Below, one piece after another: positions 40,025 through 52,300 of a stretch of DNA of 64,000 nt. The notes under the pieces are model-generated. The model was not told where the DNA came from, ran no database searches, and worked only from the letters and a program-made list of their open reading frames with translations. Position numbers and translations under genes: made by a program. The stretch lies in assembly GCF_036588685.1 (NCBI RefSeq), contig NC_086374.1, positions 54,560,001 through 54,624,000 on the forward strand. Reading direction: 5' to 3'. The DNA comes from Mytilus trossulus. Its lineage: Eukaryota. Numbering within the stretch: the first letter of the stretch is position 1; the number at the start of each line of letters is the position of its first letter.

Positions 40025-42532
40025 CTGCTGGATAACTCGGACTAAAACAAAGTCGGACTATAACAAAATCGGACTATAACTAACTCGGACTATAACAAAC
40101 TCGGCCTACCATTATTCATATGCAGAAATATATTGAACCAACTCGGACTACGATTAGAAGATTGTTTTTTTTTACTGTAATAAAAAAAAATCTTATATAT
40201 TAAAATTATACATGTTATATACGAATTTATGGATTATAATGAATATTTTTGAATAAAAAAGATCGTATATAGAAATGATTAATATTTGTTATATGAGTTG
40301 AATTAGATATGTTTAGATGAGGGTAATTAACTTATACTTGAAGAAATGTTATTGTGATTTATGATGTTTATTGACAAAAGAAATGCTAATGGTTGGCGTG
40401 TGTTCTTGTTTTTATTGTGTTTAATCCTTGGTGTTTATGATTAGTAAATAAACAAAGACAAATTTGATTGACAGTGAATGGCTTCTTAACAATTTCACTA
40501 ATCTGTAATTGATTCAGCAATTGAAAAGTAATTATATTCAAATGGTCACATCAAACAGATACAATGTTTTTAGAAAGGCAAGCCGAGGCAAACATTTATT
40601 ATACATGTATCCAAAAATAGATTTGGAGTAAAATTGAAAAAACAACAGAGATTTCTTTGATCTTACCAAATACTTCTATAAAATAACATGAAAAAAAATC
40701 CATTATCATTTTCAACATGGGTATTGACTTCTTGATAAACTTCTAAAATATTGTTCAAAATGGAACATTGAAATGAACAAAGATAAAACTGAAATAATTG
40801 TATTCCGTAATGGATGGCAACAAGTCAATCACAGTTGGTATTATGACAAGCACGAGCTCAAAGTTGTGAACTCTTTTGTTTACTTAGGGAATTTATTTCA
40901 CTATAACGGAAAATTTCAGCAAACCCAAAAGAGACTATCCCAGCAAGCTAATAAAGCTCTTGCGTCACTCTTTATTTCATTTAAGATGCTGTACATATCA
41001 ACTCAACAGAAATGTGAAATGTTCGATAGTCTTGTTGGATCGATCTTAAGCTACGGTTCTGAGATATGGGCATTTCATCATGCCAAGGACATTGAACAGG
41101 TTCATAATAAATTTTGTAGATTTGTACTTAAAGTTGGTAAAAATTCACCTATTTGTGCTGTTATCGGTGAACTTGGACATTTGCCAATGTATATTATTAG
41201 AAAACAAAGAATACTTAAATATTGGTTGAAAATTGTTGCCAAGAAACCTCCTATTGTATTTGATGTATATAAAATGTTGGTTAATGATGCTGAGAATGGT
41301 AAAACAAACTGGGCGTCAAATGGTCGTACCTTGTTAAATGATCTTGGTTATAATTTTTTATGGTATAACCAAGAAAATGTATTTTTTTCATATGATGTTT
41401 TGAAACTACGCCTCTATGATCAGTTTATACAAAGCTGGCGTTCTAGTATGTTCAATTGTGAAAAATTGGATATTTTGAAAATGTTCAAAATTGACTTTTG
41501 TTTAGAAAAATATTTACTTCTTGATGTCAATGTTAAACTCTTAGCACAACTTAGATGTGGTTCACTTAAACTCAACATTGAAACTGGACGATATAATAAT
41601 GTGCCTCATAATGAAAGACTTTGTCAATGTTGCAATATGAAAGCTATTGAAAATGAATATCATTTTGTAATGATTTGTCCAGCCTATAGACATCTGCGTT
41701 TAAGATTTTTGCCTAAATATTATTGTTCTTGGCCTAATATGTCAAAATGTTTATCACTTATTCAAACAAGTTCAAGGACTTTGGTATTAAAACTTTGTTG
41801 TTTGTTAAATGAAAACTGGAAACTACGGTCACAACTGATAAAGTAGATTATATATGGTACTATCTGTTTAATGTGTGGTGGGTTTTTTTTGTTTTTTTTT
41901 GTGTTATTATTTTGCTTTCTGTTTTCATTTATATTATGTCGCTTACTATATTATATATGTTGTTGATGCTATAGCATTATATTATATGCTGATTTGCAAT
42001 AAACTTATTACAATTACTTTTAATTGGACATTTAGTTCCCAATTCCGTGTAATAACAGGTACTTGGGTGGTTAGATAGGTGTCAACAGTACATGTGCCAG
42101 TTGTTTGTTTAACCTATGGTGATTAAAAAGGTGTCAACTATACACGTGGCATGATGTCATAATCAATTAAGATATGCATATAATAACAATTTATTCTGAG
42201 AGGGACATTATTACAATTAATACTGCAAAGACAAATCAGTGGTAAATTTTCAATATAAATATCAAAAAGATTTTTTTTGGTGTTTTTATTTTTAAATATA
42301 TCTTGTTAACATATTTTTTTTATCCCCATCAAAAATGTTCAAAAATAAATTATTTAATAAATTAAAGATAAAAAATCATTTTGAATTAAGAATTGAAAAT
42401 TAATTTCCAATAACAACAACAACCAACATTATACTTAAATTCTTCTAGTAGTCCGAGTTTGTTATAGTCCGATTTCCGGAGGCCGAGTTTGTTATAGTCC
42501 GATTTTGTTATAGGCCGAGATATCATGGATTC
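40025..42532. mobile_element. Non-autonomous element with inverted arrays of 16-bp subterminal repeats, carrying a nested LINE fragment
   Basis: Five TCGGACTATAACAAAA-type units at 40037-40110 and the inverted array at 42449-42520. Confidence 0.65.
40730..42020 (+). mobile_element. 5'-truncated LINE (RT thumb and C-terminal zinc knuckle; ORF 40773-41846)
   Basis: FVYLG, LSYGSEIW, GELG, LNIETGRY..RLCQCC..ENEYHFVMICPAY; AATAAA at ~41998. Confidence 0.85.
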
Positions 42533-43306
42533 ATTTTATATAGGACTTTATTCATTTATTTTTTTGTAAAATACTATTTTTATACTTTATAGTTGTTTGG
42601 TATAATTTGAAGTTTGTCATTACTAAACGACTCAGCTTTGCTGCAAATAACTATTAGCTTAGCAGCAAAACAGTTCCTTCCTTTAGACATATAGTTTATG
42701 AAAATACAGTAGCCCAACACCAACACTGGCAACAGGTCAGTTGTTTAGTTGTATTTTCCACATTTTCATGCTACCCTTCCTATCAATTGCATTTTTGCAT
42801 ACCTGGAAAATTTTGATGTATTTTCATGATGTGGAACGCATTCACGTGGATGTAATTTTCTTCTCTTCAATTCATTCAGACATCGTAGTAATGTAAATCG
42901 AAATGCATTTATCACAGTTCTTCCCGATGTTGTCATTGTATAAGTTGTGTTGGTACCCGTACATAACAAAATCGAGGAAAGTATCGATAGGGAAAGGAAA
43001 AATTTTTAAAACAGTAAACCAGATCATAATTGCTAAAATAAAGATTTCCATTCCTAGTGTACAGAAATGAACATATAAAACAAGGTCTCCGACTTAAATT
43101 AAGATTTGTCTATTCAATAAATAATATCATTTACTTGAAATTTTGCATTTAAAATAAAATCATAGTATAATTTTAGTCCTAAATCAGTATTTTTTTGCAT
43201 TTCAGTGTGGGAACCAGTAGGACATAATTTTTCTACAACCACATGGAAGTTAGCAAAATTTATTTTTGATAGGCTGGCGCGAAAGAACTGAAAATAAACA
43301 CTCAAT

Positions 43307-46300
43307 ATGACTGACATTGCAAATAAAAGGCATGAAATTGCCAAGGAGATTAGGGCCTTATTGATGTCAAGTCCTGCAGCCCTGACAATTGATGAACTAA
43401 GGAGAGATTTTCATCAGTTCATGGACAAACCTATTCCCTTTAGGGAACTTGGGTACTCCAATCTTGAAGACCTGTTAAGAGACATGACAGATGTTTTACA
43501 GATTACTTATAGAAAGGGAATGATGTGTCTTGAAGTTATCCCAGATGACACAACCCGCCACATTGCAAAACTTGTGTCTAAACAAAAAATTCCAAACAAG
43601 AACAAATATGCCACAATGAGGAGAGGGCCACCTCCTAGAAGGCAGCAATATAAAGTGACGCCTTCTTTGCCTCGTTATATAAAAGATAACATATCAGAAC
43701 TATTTAGATCCTATTCCAATGGCTTACCGTTAACTCATTTAGATACTGCTTATTCAAAGCGCTTTGGTTCGATGTTTTCATTTAATAGACTTGGCTTTGT
43801 GTCTATTAAAGAGCTTTTATATTCTATTCCTGAATGTGTTTTACTCAAAGAATTTCAAGGTGGAGAGTGGAGAGTTTTACCTGTACATATGAAAGCACCT
43901 GAAGGCAATTGGAGAACAAGAGGACACAAACCAGAAAAAAGAACTTTAAGTCCACAAAACAGACCCCCAGATGGATGGTCTAGGCAGTATGACCAAAGAC
44001 AAGCTGCTGCCGTTGTAGAAACACCACAACAATACAACAGCACCTTGACAAATAGAGTTGAGTCAGGAAGACCTGATACCACTGCTCAACAAAAGCCAAT
44101 CAGAGGAAGAGGGAGAGGTAGTTTGAATTTGTATTAAAACTATAGAAAAAATGTTATATGATATATACAAAAAAGAAAATAATCCGTTAAAAAAAAATAA
44201 TTTGTGGGATATATCACAACCCAAATTGGTGCCATTGGTCTTTACCTTAAAATTCAGTTAGATTAAACCTTAAACTAATGTTACTTCTAAGGTGTTGCAG
44301 GGGTTCAAATTAGTAATGAAATGTCGTCCGAGACTTATTGTTTTTCTGAGATACTATATTTTCGTTTGTTACAAAAGTACTTAACCTTTCAGCCTTTAGT
44401 ACTTTGATGCTGTAAATTGTATACAGGACCTATGGTTGTTCTTAAGTTGGGACATTAAACTTGATAATTCACAAAGTCATGTACCTTTCATTCTTAAAAC
44501 ATTGTAAAAGCAAATTTGAACCCCTGCGTTTATGGTGTTATTTAACAGTTGTTGAATTGCAATTAGTTGTAACCATTTATAAATTAAAAATCATTTTACG
44601 ATGCAATGATGTGTATAGGTCATGTAGGTTTTAATTGAAAAGTCTCTATTTTCAATAATAAAGAAAAAAAAAAAACTTCTTAAACAAAGTTGTTTTTATG
44701 TTCACAATAACAATTTACATGATTAAGACACATGCTTTTTGTTGTTGAAAATTACACACTAAATCTGAACGCTTTTTAACAACCTTTAAATAAATGCACC
44801 AGGATGTTTAATACTTTCATTTGACATGAAACACAGCCTATTAACCCCAAAATACTCATTTCCACTATCACACTTAAGTTTACACTTTTATATGTTCAAA
44901 TGATGGAAGACTAGTTTGTATGTGAAGGAATTTGAAATAAAATAGAAGACACGGATATGAAAAGGGGGAAAAATCTTTGCTTTTGATTGTGTTGTTTGCC
45001 TTACATAAAGACATGTAAATGTATTAATGATTTTCTGTACACATGATTAATATAGTAAATAGATGTTATTTATCATGTTTATCTGGTACAATTATTACCA
45101 TGGTTACTGTTTATGATTACAGGAATGAAGAGAAGCGCCAGCGGTGGAGATCAAGCATCTGTAGGTAGAGAAAGTGAATCCAGTTATAATTCCAATGAAC
45201 CAGAAATAGATCCAGAATGTTGTCTTGAAACAGAACCTAATGATGGAACACAACTACTCCAGACAGAATTAAGAGATGTCAGTTGTATATATTTTTTAAA
45301 TTGATCATATTATCTGTATGACCATCTGACACAATGTCTGACATGTAGGACACATTTCCAATGGTCAGATAGGCCAGACAAAGTATCTTACAAAATGTTT
45401 GATAAACATTACTATGGAACGCCATGACTGTCTTCTGATGTTGATTGCTGAATATGTTAGGTGCTTTATCCATTATGTTCAGTAGTATGTATATTATGTT
45501 CAGTAGATATCCTATTATGTTCAGTAGTTATTACATTATGTTTAGTAGTTTTTACATTATATTCGGTGCTTTGGTTATTATGTTCAGTAGTTTCATTTTT
45601 ATATGCAGTGGTATTTGAATTATGTTCGGTACTTCTGACGTTATGTTCAGTACAGTTCTCATTATGTTCAGTACATTCGACATTATGTTCAGTAGATTCA
45701 ATATTATTTGCAGTACATTATGTAATACCTTCAGTAGTCCCGGTTTCTTTATATTCAGTAGATTATTCATTATGTTCAGTAAAAGCATCGATATTATATT
45801 CGGTTCGTTCAACTTTATGTTCAGTGGTTGTATACATTATGATGATGTAGTAAAAGTCGGGAAGTCAATAACGGAAATTGTCGGAAAAAAACGGACGCGG
45901 ATATTTTTGACGGACGTTTTTTTCCTGGACACCGATATGCAACAAAATGTCGTCTGCTAGATTAAGAGTGTCACTATATAAAGTAGATTTAGGTACTTTA
46001 TATCAAAAATTCCTAGATGAAAAGGTTGAAGATGATAGCTTTAACTTTCTAACGGATGAAGATCTTAAAAGGCTTGGGGTCGAGACAATAGGTGACCGCA
46101 TACGTCTGAGAGAAAGTATGCGGCATCTGGATGTGCCAGAGTCAAACTTACAGCCTGACCAAGGTACCTTTATCAATTGAAAAGACTCGTATAGCACATC
46201 ATTTTAAGGGAATTAGTGTTCTCAAACATTTATAAGTTATATATGGTTCGCTACTCACTCCCCAGTACGGACCCATAGAGGGTTAGTAAAATCCATAGGG

Positions 46301-49300
46301 GGTGAGGCCGAAGTCCGAATACCCTATGGGTTTTATTGCCCCTCTATGGTCCGTAGAGGGTCAGTAGATAACCGTATAAAGAATAAATCGTTCGCTGTAC
46401 TTCTGCTGCGTTTTGATGAAAAATAATCAATTAATTCATTATTTTCAAAACAAACAATTTAGGTTATGGCAAATACATATTTAGACAAAACAAAAATATT
46501 GAAAACTAGACAATATTATCATAGATATAATATAGGGTTATTGCATGAATATTATACAATTACTGTCTTTTGGTGAGGTAAATATGTGGTTTTATTGACT
46601 TTTGAAAAACTGATATTCACTGAGGCCAACATATTTACCGAAACAAAAGACAGTAAATGTTTTATTCCATATTCCGAGAGAAATTAATGTTATGGAAAAT
46701 ATTTACCAAAACCAATTGTACACCAAACGGTTTTTTTACCAAAATTATACACGTAAAAGCACGCGACGTTTTGCGCGGTGAATATCCTTTTTTATTCAAA
46801 ATCCCATTCATATAGAAAAACCTACTAATATTTTATCAATATGGAATAATGGGGAATATTGTCCAGGGTAGAATTTTATATTGCACGAGCATTTTTCTTT
46901 ACTTGGGTGCGATAGGTAGTGTTTCATTTTGTCATTTATATTAGATTTAAGAAATTTGTATAGATGTGTTTATCATTTTCGTTCAAGTTATTTATTTTGT
47001 CATCCATTAGAGTTTGAAAATAGTTAATATAACTTTTTTTTTAATTGGGGTTGAAACTTTTAACGTTTTAGTCTGTTTTAAAGTTTTAGTTTCCTCAATA
47101 AGTTGGATGTCAATGTTATATCTTGTGACACATTTTTTTGCAAAAGTATTCCAAAAGTATGTTCCCTTAGTATCTACATTTTAAGTTAATTAAAGGCTTC
47201 ATTTAAAAGCGAGTTTAGATTTTCATTATTTAATCTAGATAGGTACATCATAGTTTTTTTTTATGAAAGTTTCTAGTCTTAGTTCATTTCTAACAGCTAG
47301 GTTTGTTAGCTTCTTTTTGTCCCCAGTACTTGTTAAATAAAATGTGGCTAGTTTTTTGTTCTAAAATAGTTTTATCAATAAAATGAATAGCATCTGGTGT
47401 TCAGCTATTTTTGTTAGCTCGGAGTTTAGCTCTATAAAATTGTATATAAGTGTCCATATGTGTAACATATTTCACTATTATATATGTTAGAATAGGTTTG
47501 ACCGTTTCAAAAAGGTTGTAAGATACTCTCACAGCGGAAGTTGTCCAAAGCCTGATTAGTAAGAATAAATAGCAAATAAAACTTGAAACACAACACAATT
47601 TATAGATGAAGTCACCATAAACAGCAGATGTGACGTCATGAAGCCCCTATGAAATTTACTGAACCCAAAGTATCCATAAGGGGTCATCACGTGACGGCTA
47701 TTAACCATTTAAAACGTGATAATTTACCCGGGGGTACGATCAATCGGATTATTCAGACAGTCAACTGTGTGTTCACCCTCCCCCTTTTCTCCTTTGATAT
47801 AAAGCGTTCAAATGTATAACAAAATAATTACGCAAGAGACTTTTTAATTTTTTACCGGCCAGTTTAAAGGTGATGGATGGTTTGCGGCTCCTCATCTCTT
47901 ACCCATGAAAACTTAAAATCTTTTGTACCCCCCCCTCTAAATTTAAGCGAATTAAGACAAATTATCCCCTTCTACAGCAGCCTGAAAAAAATTAAAGGCG
48001 ACAATAATAATACATGTAAATCTTGTAAATAATAAAAATGTGTCTGTGTAACTAGCATGGTTTTGGTTTGTTCTTCAAAATACCACCAAAGGGCAGTGTC
48101 TTGCCTGAATAAGAGCTGCATGATAGTGAAGACGTGCCCTTACTCCAAGATCGATTATGAATAGTAAGAAATCATGAACCTCAAGAAATCTGACCATAAT
48201 TGACGGTCCTGACACGAAAAAATCAATTGGTATTTATCCGTTTCAGATCCGTTCATCATCCATTTTATCCGTTATACGTCCGGTAGAAGTCCATTTCACA
48301 TTCGTTCAACATCCGTTAAACCACAGGCAAATGCCGCCAAAGGGCAGTGTCTGGACTGAACATTTTGAGCATGCTCAAAACTTTGAACGGACGTTCAACG
48401 GATAAAATGTCCGTTGAACTCCGTTAAGCGTCGGTTTTGTACATGGTACTCGTCCGTTTCGTTTCCGTTTTGTATCCGTTACGTGTCCTTTATACATCCG
48501 TTGGAGGTCTGGAAGTTAAATTCACCAACGGACGTCTACCGGACGTTTAACGGATAAAACGGACGATGAACGGATCTGAAACGGATAAATGTCAATTGAA
48601 AATTTCGCGTTTATAGAAATGCCAATTATTGGTATTTCAGATTTTTTAAGGTTCATGAAAGGTCAGGATAAATGATCGTTTTCTTGTACCCAAGTAAATT
48701 TTTGGTCATAGTTACCTATTCTCAGAATCGAAATAAAGCTGTAAATGTAACAATAATATAATTACTTGTTGTAGAACACCAAGAAAGGAGTTTATCGACC
48801 ATAGTAAATGAAAGATCAATGCTTTTTAGAAGAGATGGAACTTCCTCAAGTAGAAACAGAAGTAGAAGCAAGCAAACAAAACAGAAAACATGGACAGGAA
48901 CGTTTGTGTGTCTCTCAAACAGAAAACAGTCAAAAATACCAAAAGGAACAGAAAAAACGATTCTTTTCCGATGCGGTTTAGGTTTAAAACGGATTACTGC
49001 CAATCTTAACTTCACTGCTGAACAGTTGTTTAATGCAATAGAAGATATATACCCAAAACTTAAAGGATCAGGAGGCTTTGAATTTCTTAGATGCGGTCAA
49101 AACTGTAGAGATCTTCAAGTCATAGACTGCAATTGGTGTCCAGTTGAACTAAGAAACAATATAGGGTCGCAGGCTAAAATATACTTGAGACCAGTTCAGA
49201 AAGACCTAGAAACTTCACCATTGCACGAAGAGGTAGAAACCATTCAAAAGGAGACATGTACGTTCTGCAAACAAAACGTAAACCTTCGTGAGTTACGAGA

Positions 49301-52300
49301 TCATATCAAGTCATGCAGGATGTACCGAAATTTTGAGTTGCCTGACATTGACCCTCCTTCACCTCAACCGCTGATTGATATAGAAGAGCCAGAAGACACC
49401 AATCTTTCGGTAGGTGTTTCACTTGATATTGGGGCAAGAAACGAGGAGTCGCAGATTGAAATAGATGAGCCAGAAGACGCTATTCCTCCGTTAGGAGTTT
49501 CTCTTGGTGTTGGGACAAGAAACGAGGAGCCGCATATTTCAACTGAGACAGGTACTAAAATAATCACTTCAATGGAAGTTATGAATAACATAATTACCAT
49601 TCTCATCAAAACAGTGTTAATGTCACAGGCACTTGTTTCAGTGATTTTTCGTACGTGTATGGATAGTAGATATTATAAAAAAGAAGATGTGGTATGATTG
49701 CCAATGAGACAACTGTCCACAAGAGACCAAAATGATAAAGGCATTAACAGCTATAGGTCACCGCACGACCTTCAACAATGAGCAAAGCCCATACCGCATA
49801 GTCATGTTTTTTTTTATTTTATATACAATAGAGATAGTCATTGACAGTAAAACCTCGGGTTTTTTTTTATCACTTTTCGTAAAACCTCGGTTGACCCCCA
49901 CTAAACAAGCCCCTTCGGCTAAGGTAGCTCCGGTGTCTTCCTCCATCTTGGATTTTGAAGAAGCAGATAACTTTGGTCTACATATTTAATGAAATGTGAA
50001 AATTTTGAGAGTTATATGTAATTTATATAAAAGATGTTTAATATCAATATAGAAATTTGTGTGTTTCATCATAATTACAGCTGTAATTTCTTAAAAACTC
50101 CTTCTTTGTGTGTTTGATTAGATTTTTATTTCAACTATGCCAAATAAGGAGAGATAACTCAGATAAAGTATTTTTTATAATAGAAAATTATGAATTTACC
50201 TATTTTGAAATGTAGCAAGAAAACAAGTTATGTGACCCATTTTTTCTTCTTTTTTTTTTTTATCTGAAAGTATGTTATAAGAGCAATCTTCTCACATGTT
50301 ATATTAAAGTTCTGAAAGGACGTTTTCTTTTTATAACACAAAATTTATTTTCCATGCATAATCGATACAAAATCTGACAACCTGTAGCGTGACAAAAAGG
50401 TCCGTGACCCATACTTTTTAATATATTTTTGGAAAAAGCATGATAAAAACTTCATTTTGACAAGTTATAAAATATTCTTTCAATTCTAATCAAGACGCCC
50501 TAGGCACCTTATAATATAATAGTGGAACACTTCGACTTTTATATTTTATGGATCGTTATTATTCAATTGATAGAATGTCTGATGACTGTGATTCATTGGA
50601 TTTATCAAAACATCTGAAAGTAAGAAATTGTTTATGGAAGAAAATTCTTGCAACGTTTTATGAAGATCATTAGCTTACGTCATACAAATTTACATGTCAA
50701 ACATCTTACCCCGTGGATTTTTTTTTACATACTTAATTCGCATAGAATTTTTTCAATAAGAAAAAAAAGTCATCAGGTTTAAAGTATTTATGCATTGCAG
50801 AAAAGAATATTTCATCTGATGAATATTCTTTTTATATTAAATACACATCTTATAAAGTTTTTTTCGTAGGCAAGACGTTTCAACTAAGGCACTACACATG
50901 CGTCAAAAGGCTTCATTAGGGAGGAAATATTTATCAGAAAAATAAATAAGCAGCCTAATCATGCGCCAGTGGAAACACTTAATGATTCTTGTGCATTTTT
51001 TTTTAATTTTCGTAGTTTTATTTGGTATTAAAAAAATAAATTTCATGACATATGATTCAGGCTTGTGGGTTGTTCCTCATGGTTCTCCGTCTCCCAACCC
51101 CTTAATGTCTCGAAGAGTGATTTAGATTCCCGCTTATGCTCAAAATTTGATTGTCATGTATTTTTTTAGATTATTCTATTTTCAGAATCATCAAGTTTCA
51201 ATACAGTTTCAACAGAGCAACCATTTGCACAAATAGTGGAAAAAATAATAAAGTTTTGCAAAACCAATGCTATTGTTGATCCTGTAGAAATACTAAGAAA
51301 ATATCAAGAGGAAATGGTCATAGGGAGAGCCCTCGAGATAGAGGATGTAACCCAGTGTGCTGAAGGGGACACAAATTTCATTCTGATAGACAGATTTAGC
51401 CTTCTCCAGACTTCTATTGATGAAATCGGATCAATCTCAGATTTGAGATTAACACTGGAGGTGCAGTTTTACAATGAAGTAAGCTTCACTTGATATTTCT
51501 CAGTAGGAAAATACTAAAGGGACAGTCAAGCTCATAAATCGAAAAAATATGACATCCCCATGGCTAAAAAAAAGCCAACAGACAAAAAATAGTACACCAG
51601 ACACAACATAGAAAACTAAAGACTAAGCAACACCAATCCCACCAAAAAATGGGTGTTATCTTATGTAGTTTATAAGATTTAATTCAATTTGATTTTGTGG
51701 TGTTTTAACGCCAGTTTTAAGCAATGCATTTGAGAGATTTCGTAGCGTCCAGTTTCTAATGGTAGAGGTCGAGGAAGCCGGAGTGCCCGGAAATAACCCA
51801 CCGTCCTACGATAGGAAAACTGACATTCCAAGTCAATTAAGATTGGAGTCGACTGTACCCGCACGAGCGAGGTTCGAACTCACAACCTCAGTGTTGACTG
51901 GCTAGTGATTACATAGTAACTACTTTTAAAATAGACCATTCGACCACCGAGGCCTCTTGTTTATAAGATATCTTATATGGAAACTTTATAAGATATCCTA
52001 AGTGATTTATGAGATATCTTATTAATATTTGGTTATAGGATATGTCATATAATTTTATTTATAAGATATCTTAAAAACTATATATATACAATATATCTGT
52101 AATTTGTGTTTTGCAGAAATAATATAAGCATTGTGTATATAAGTTTGATAAAAACTCAACTTAGAGAAGGTGAACCAATTTTTCTGATAAACATCCATTC
52201 ACCAGTCACGTTAAATAAACCTAATTTGGAAAATCGGAAACTCCATAGTTTCGCATCTATGTATTTTTACATTTAAGTAGAAATGTAGCCAATGTTCACA

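Noticed and set aside
45473-45835. CRISPR-like repeat-spacer array
   Set aside because: Cores are only 12 bp and spacers ~9 bp, there are no cas genes, the context is eukaryotic, and the array is mirrored inside TIRs
45461-45960. Cys/Val-rich and Asn/Ile-rich ORFs, and their mirrors at 61201-61591
   Set aside because: By-products of the 21-bp periodic repeat (a multiple of 3); no sign they are genes
46230-47740. Palindromic segments resembling Crypton-like non-autonomous elements
   Set aside because: Hairpins are visible (for example 46242-46377) but ends and TSDs could not be defined
51880-51955. tRNA gene
   Set aside because: A and B boxes are present but it is the head of a TSD-flanked SINE; no complete cloverleaf
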